Of a stretch of DNA of 64,000 nt, positions 63,556-64,000 are shown piece by piece; within the stretch, counting starts at the first letter, position 1, and the number at the start of each line of letters is the position of its first letter. The position numbers and the translations under genes are program-made. This DNA is from Camelus ferus (Eukaryota): positions 86,678,001 through 86,742,000 of the forward strand of contig NC_045696.1 of the NCBI RefSeq assembly GCF_009834535.1, given 5' to 3'. The notes below the pieces were generated by a model that saw nothing but the letters and a program-made list of their open reading frames with translations, was not told where the DNA came from and did no database searches.

Positions 63556-63593
63556 AATAGTTTACTAAAACTAAAATAGTTTACTAAAACTAA
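63556..63593. repeat. Exact 19-bp tandem duplication
   Basis: AATAGTTTACTAAAACTAA twice in tandem. Confidence 0.9.
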
Positions 63594-64000
63594 AAGTTAC
63601 TTCTTTTCAATCTTAGTGGGTCTATGTTTATTCTAACAATCTATGAAAGTCTATGTAAAAAATATTTCCCCTTGTAAAATTAGTCAATTTTTTAGTACTT
63701 ATTCAAATGTTTTAAGAGGAATTCAAATAGCTTCTTTCATTTTCTAATCAGGATACATTAACAAAGATTCAGCTTTTACGATCCACAGTTTAAAGACAGA
63801 TCTGACATATCTCCTGTTTCTATCAGAGCTTAAAATTTATTTTGAATGACTCGTATCTTTATTTTAGACTCTCTGGGATATTTTATTTCTTTCTTTCCCT
63901 CTTGCCTGTTACTTCTTATAATTCCTTAAAATGTTTTACATTATCAAAAAGTAAAATTTACTTTTTCAGAGAGTTTTTCTATAACAAATTTTAACACATT

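Noticed and set aside
1..64000. Prokaryote-style novel system (operon, defence island, CRISPR)
   Set aside because: The window is repeat-rich mammalian DNA with no long ORFs or gene clusters

Overview
This is AT-rich, CpG-depleted mammalian genomic DNA, either intergenic or deep in a large intron. Two tRNA-Ala-derived SINEs resembling Vic-1 point to a camelid (alpaca, llama or camel). I recognise no intact protein-coding gene, RNA gene or CRISPR array; the listed ORFs are LINE-1/ERV remnants or chance frames. The window is a layered transposon record: old L2, MIR, L1MC/L1ME, MaLR, ERVL and MER58 fragments, an L1 5' half nested in another L1's ORF2, a young 5'-truncated L1 with a perfect 17-bp TSD, and four ERV1-like solo LTRs (one MER41-like). 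Between these are a few repeat-free blocks that may be conserved non-coding elements and two possible small exons. I found no convincing new biological system. Repeat family names come from remembered consensus similarity and need RepeatMasker/Dfam confirmation; boundaries of old elements are approximate.
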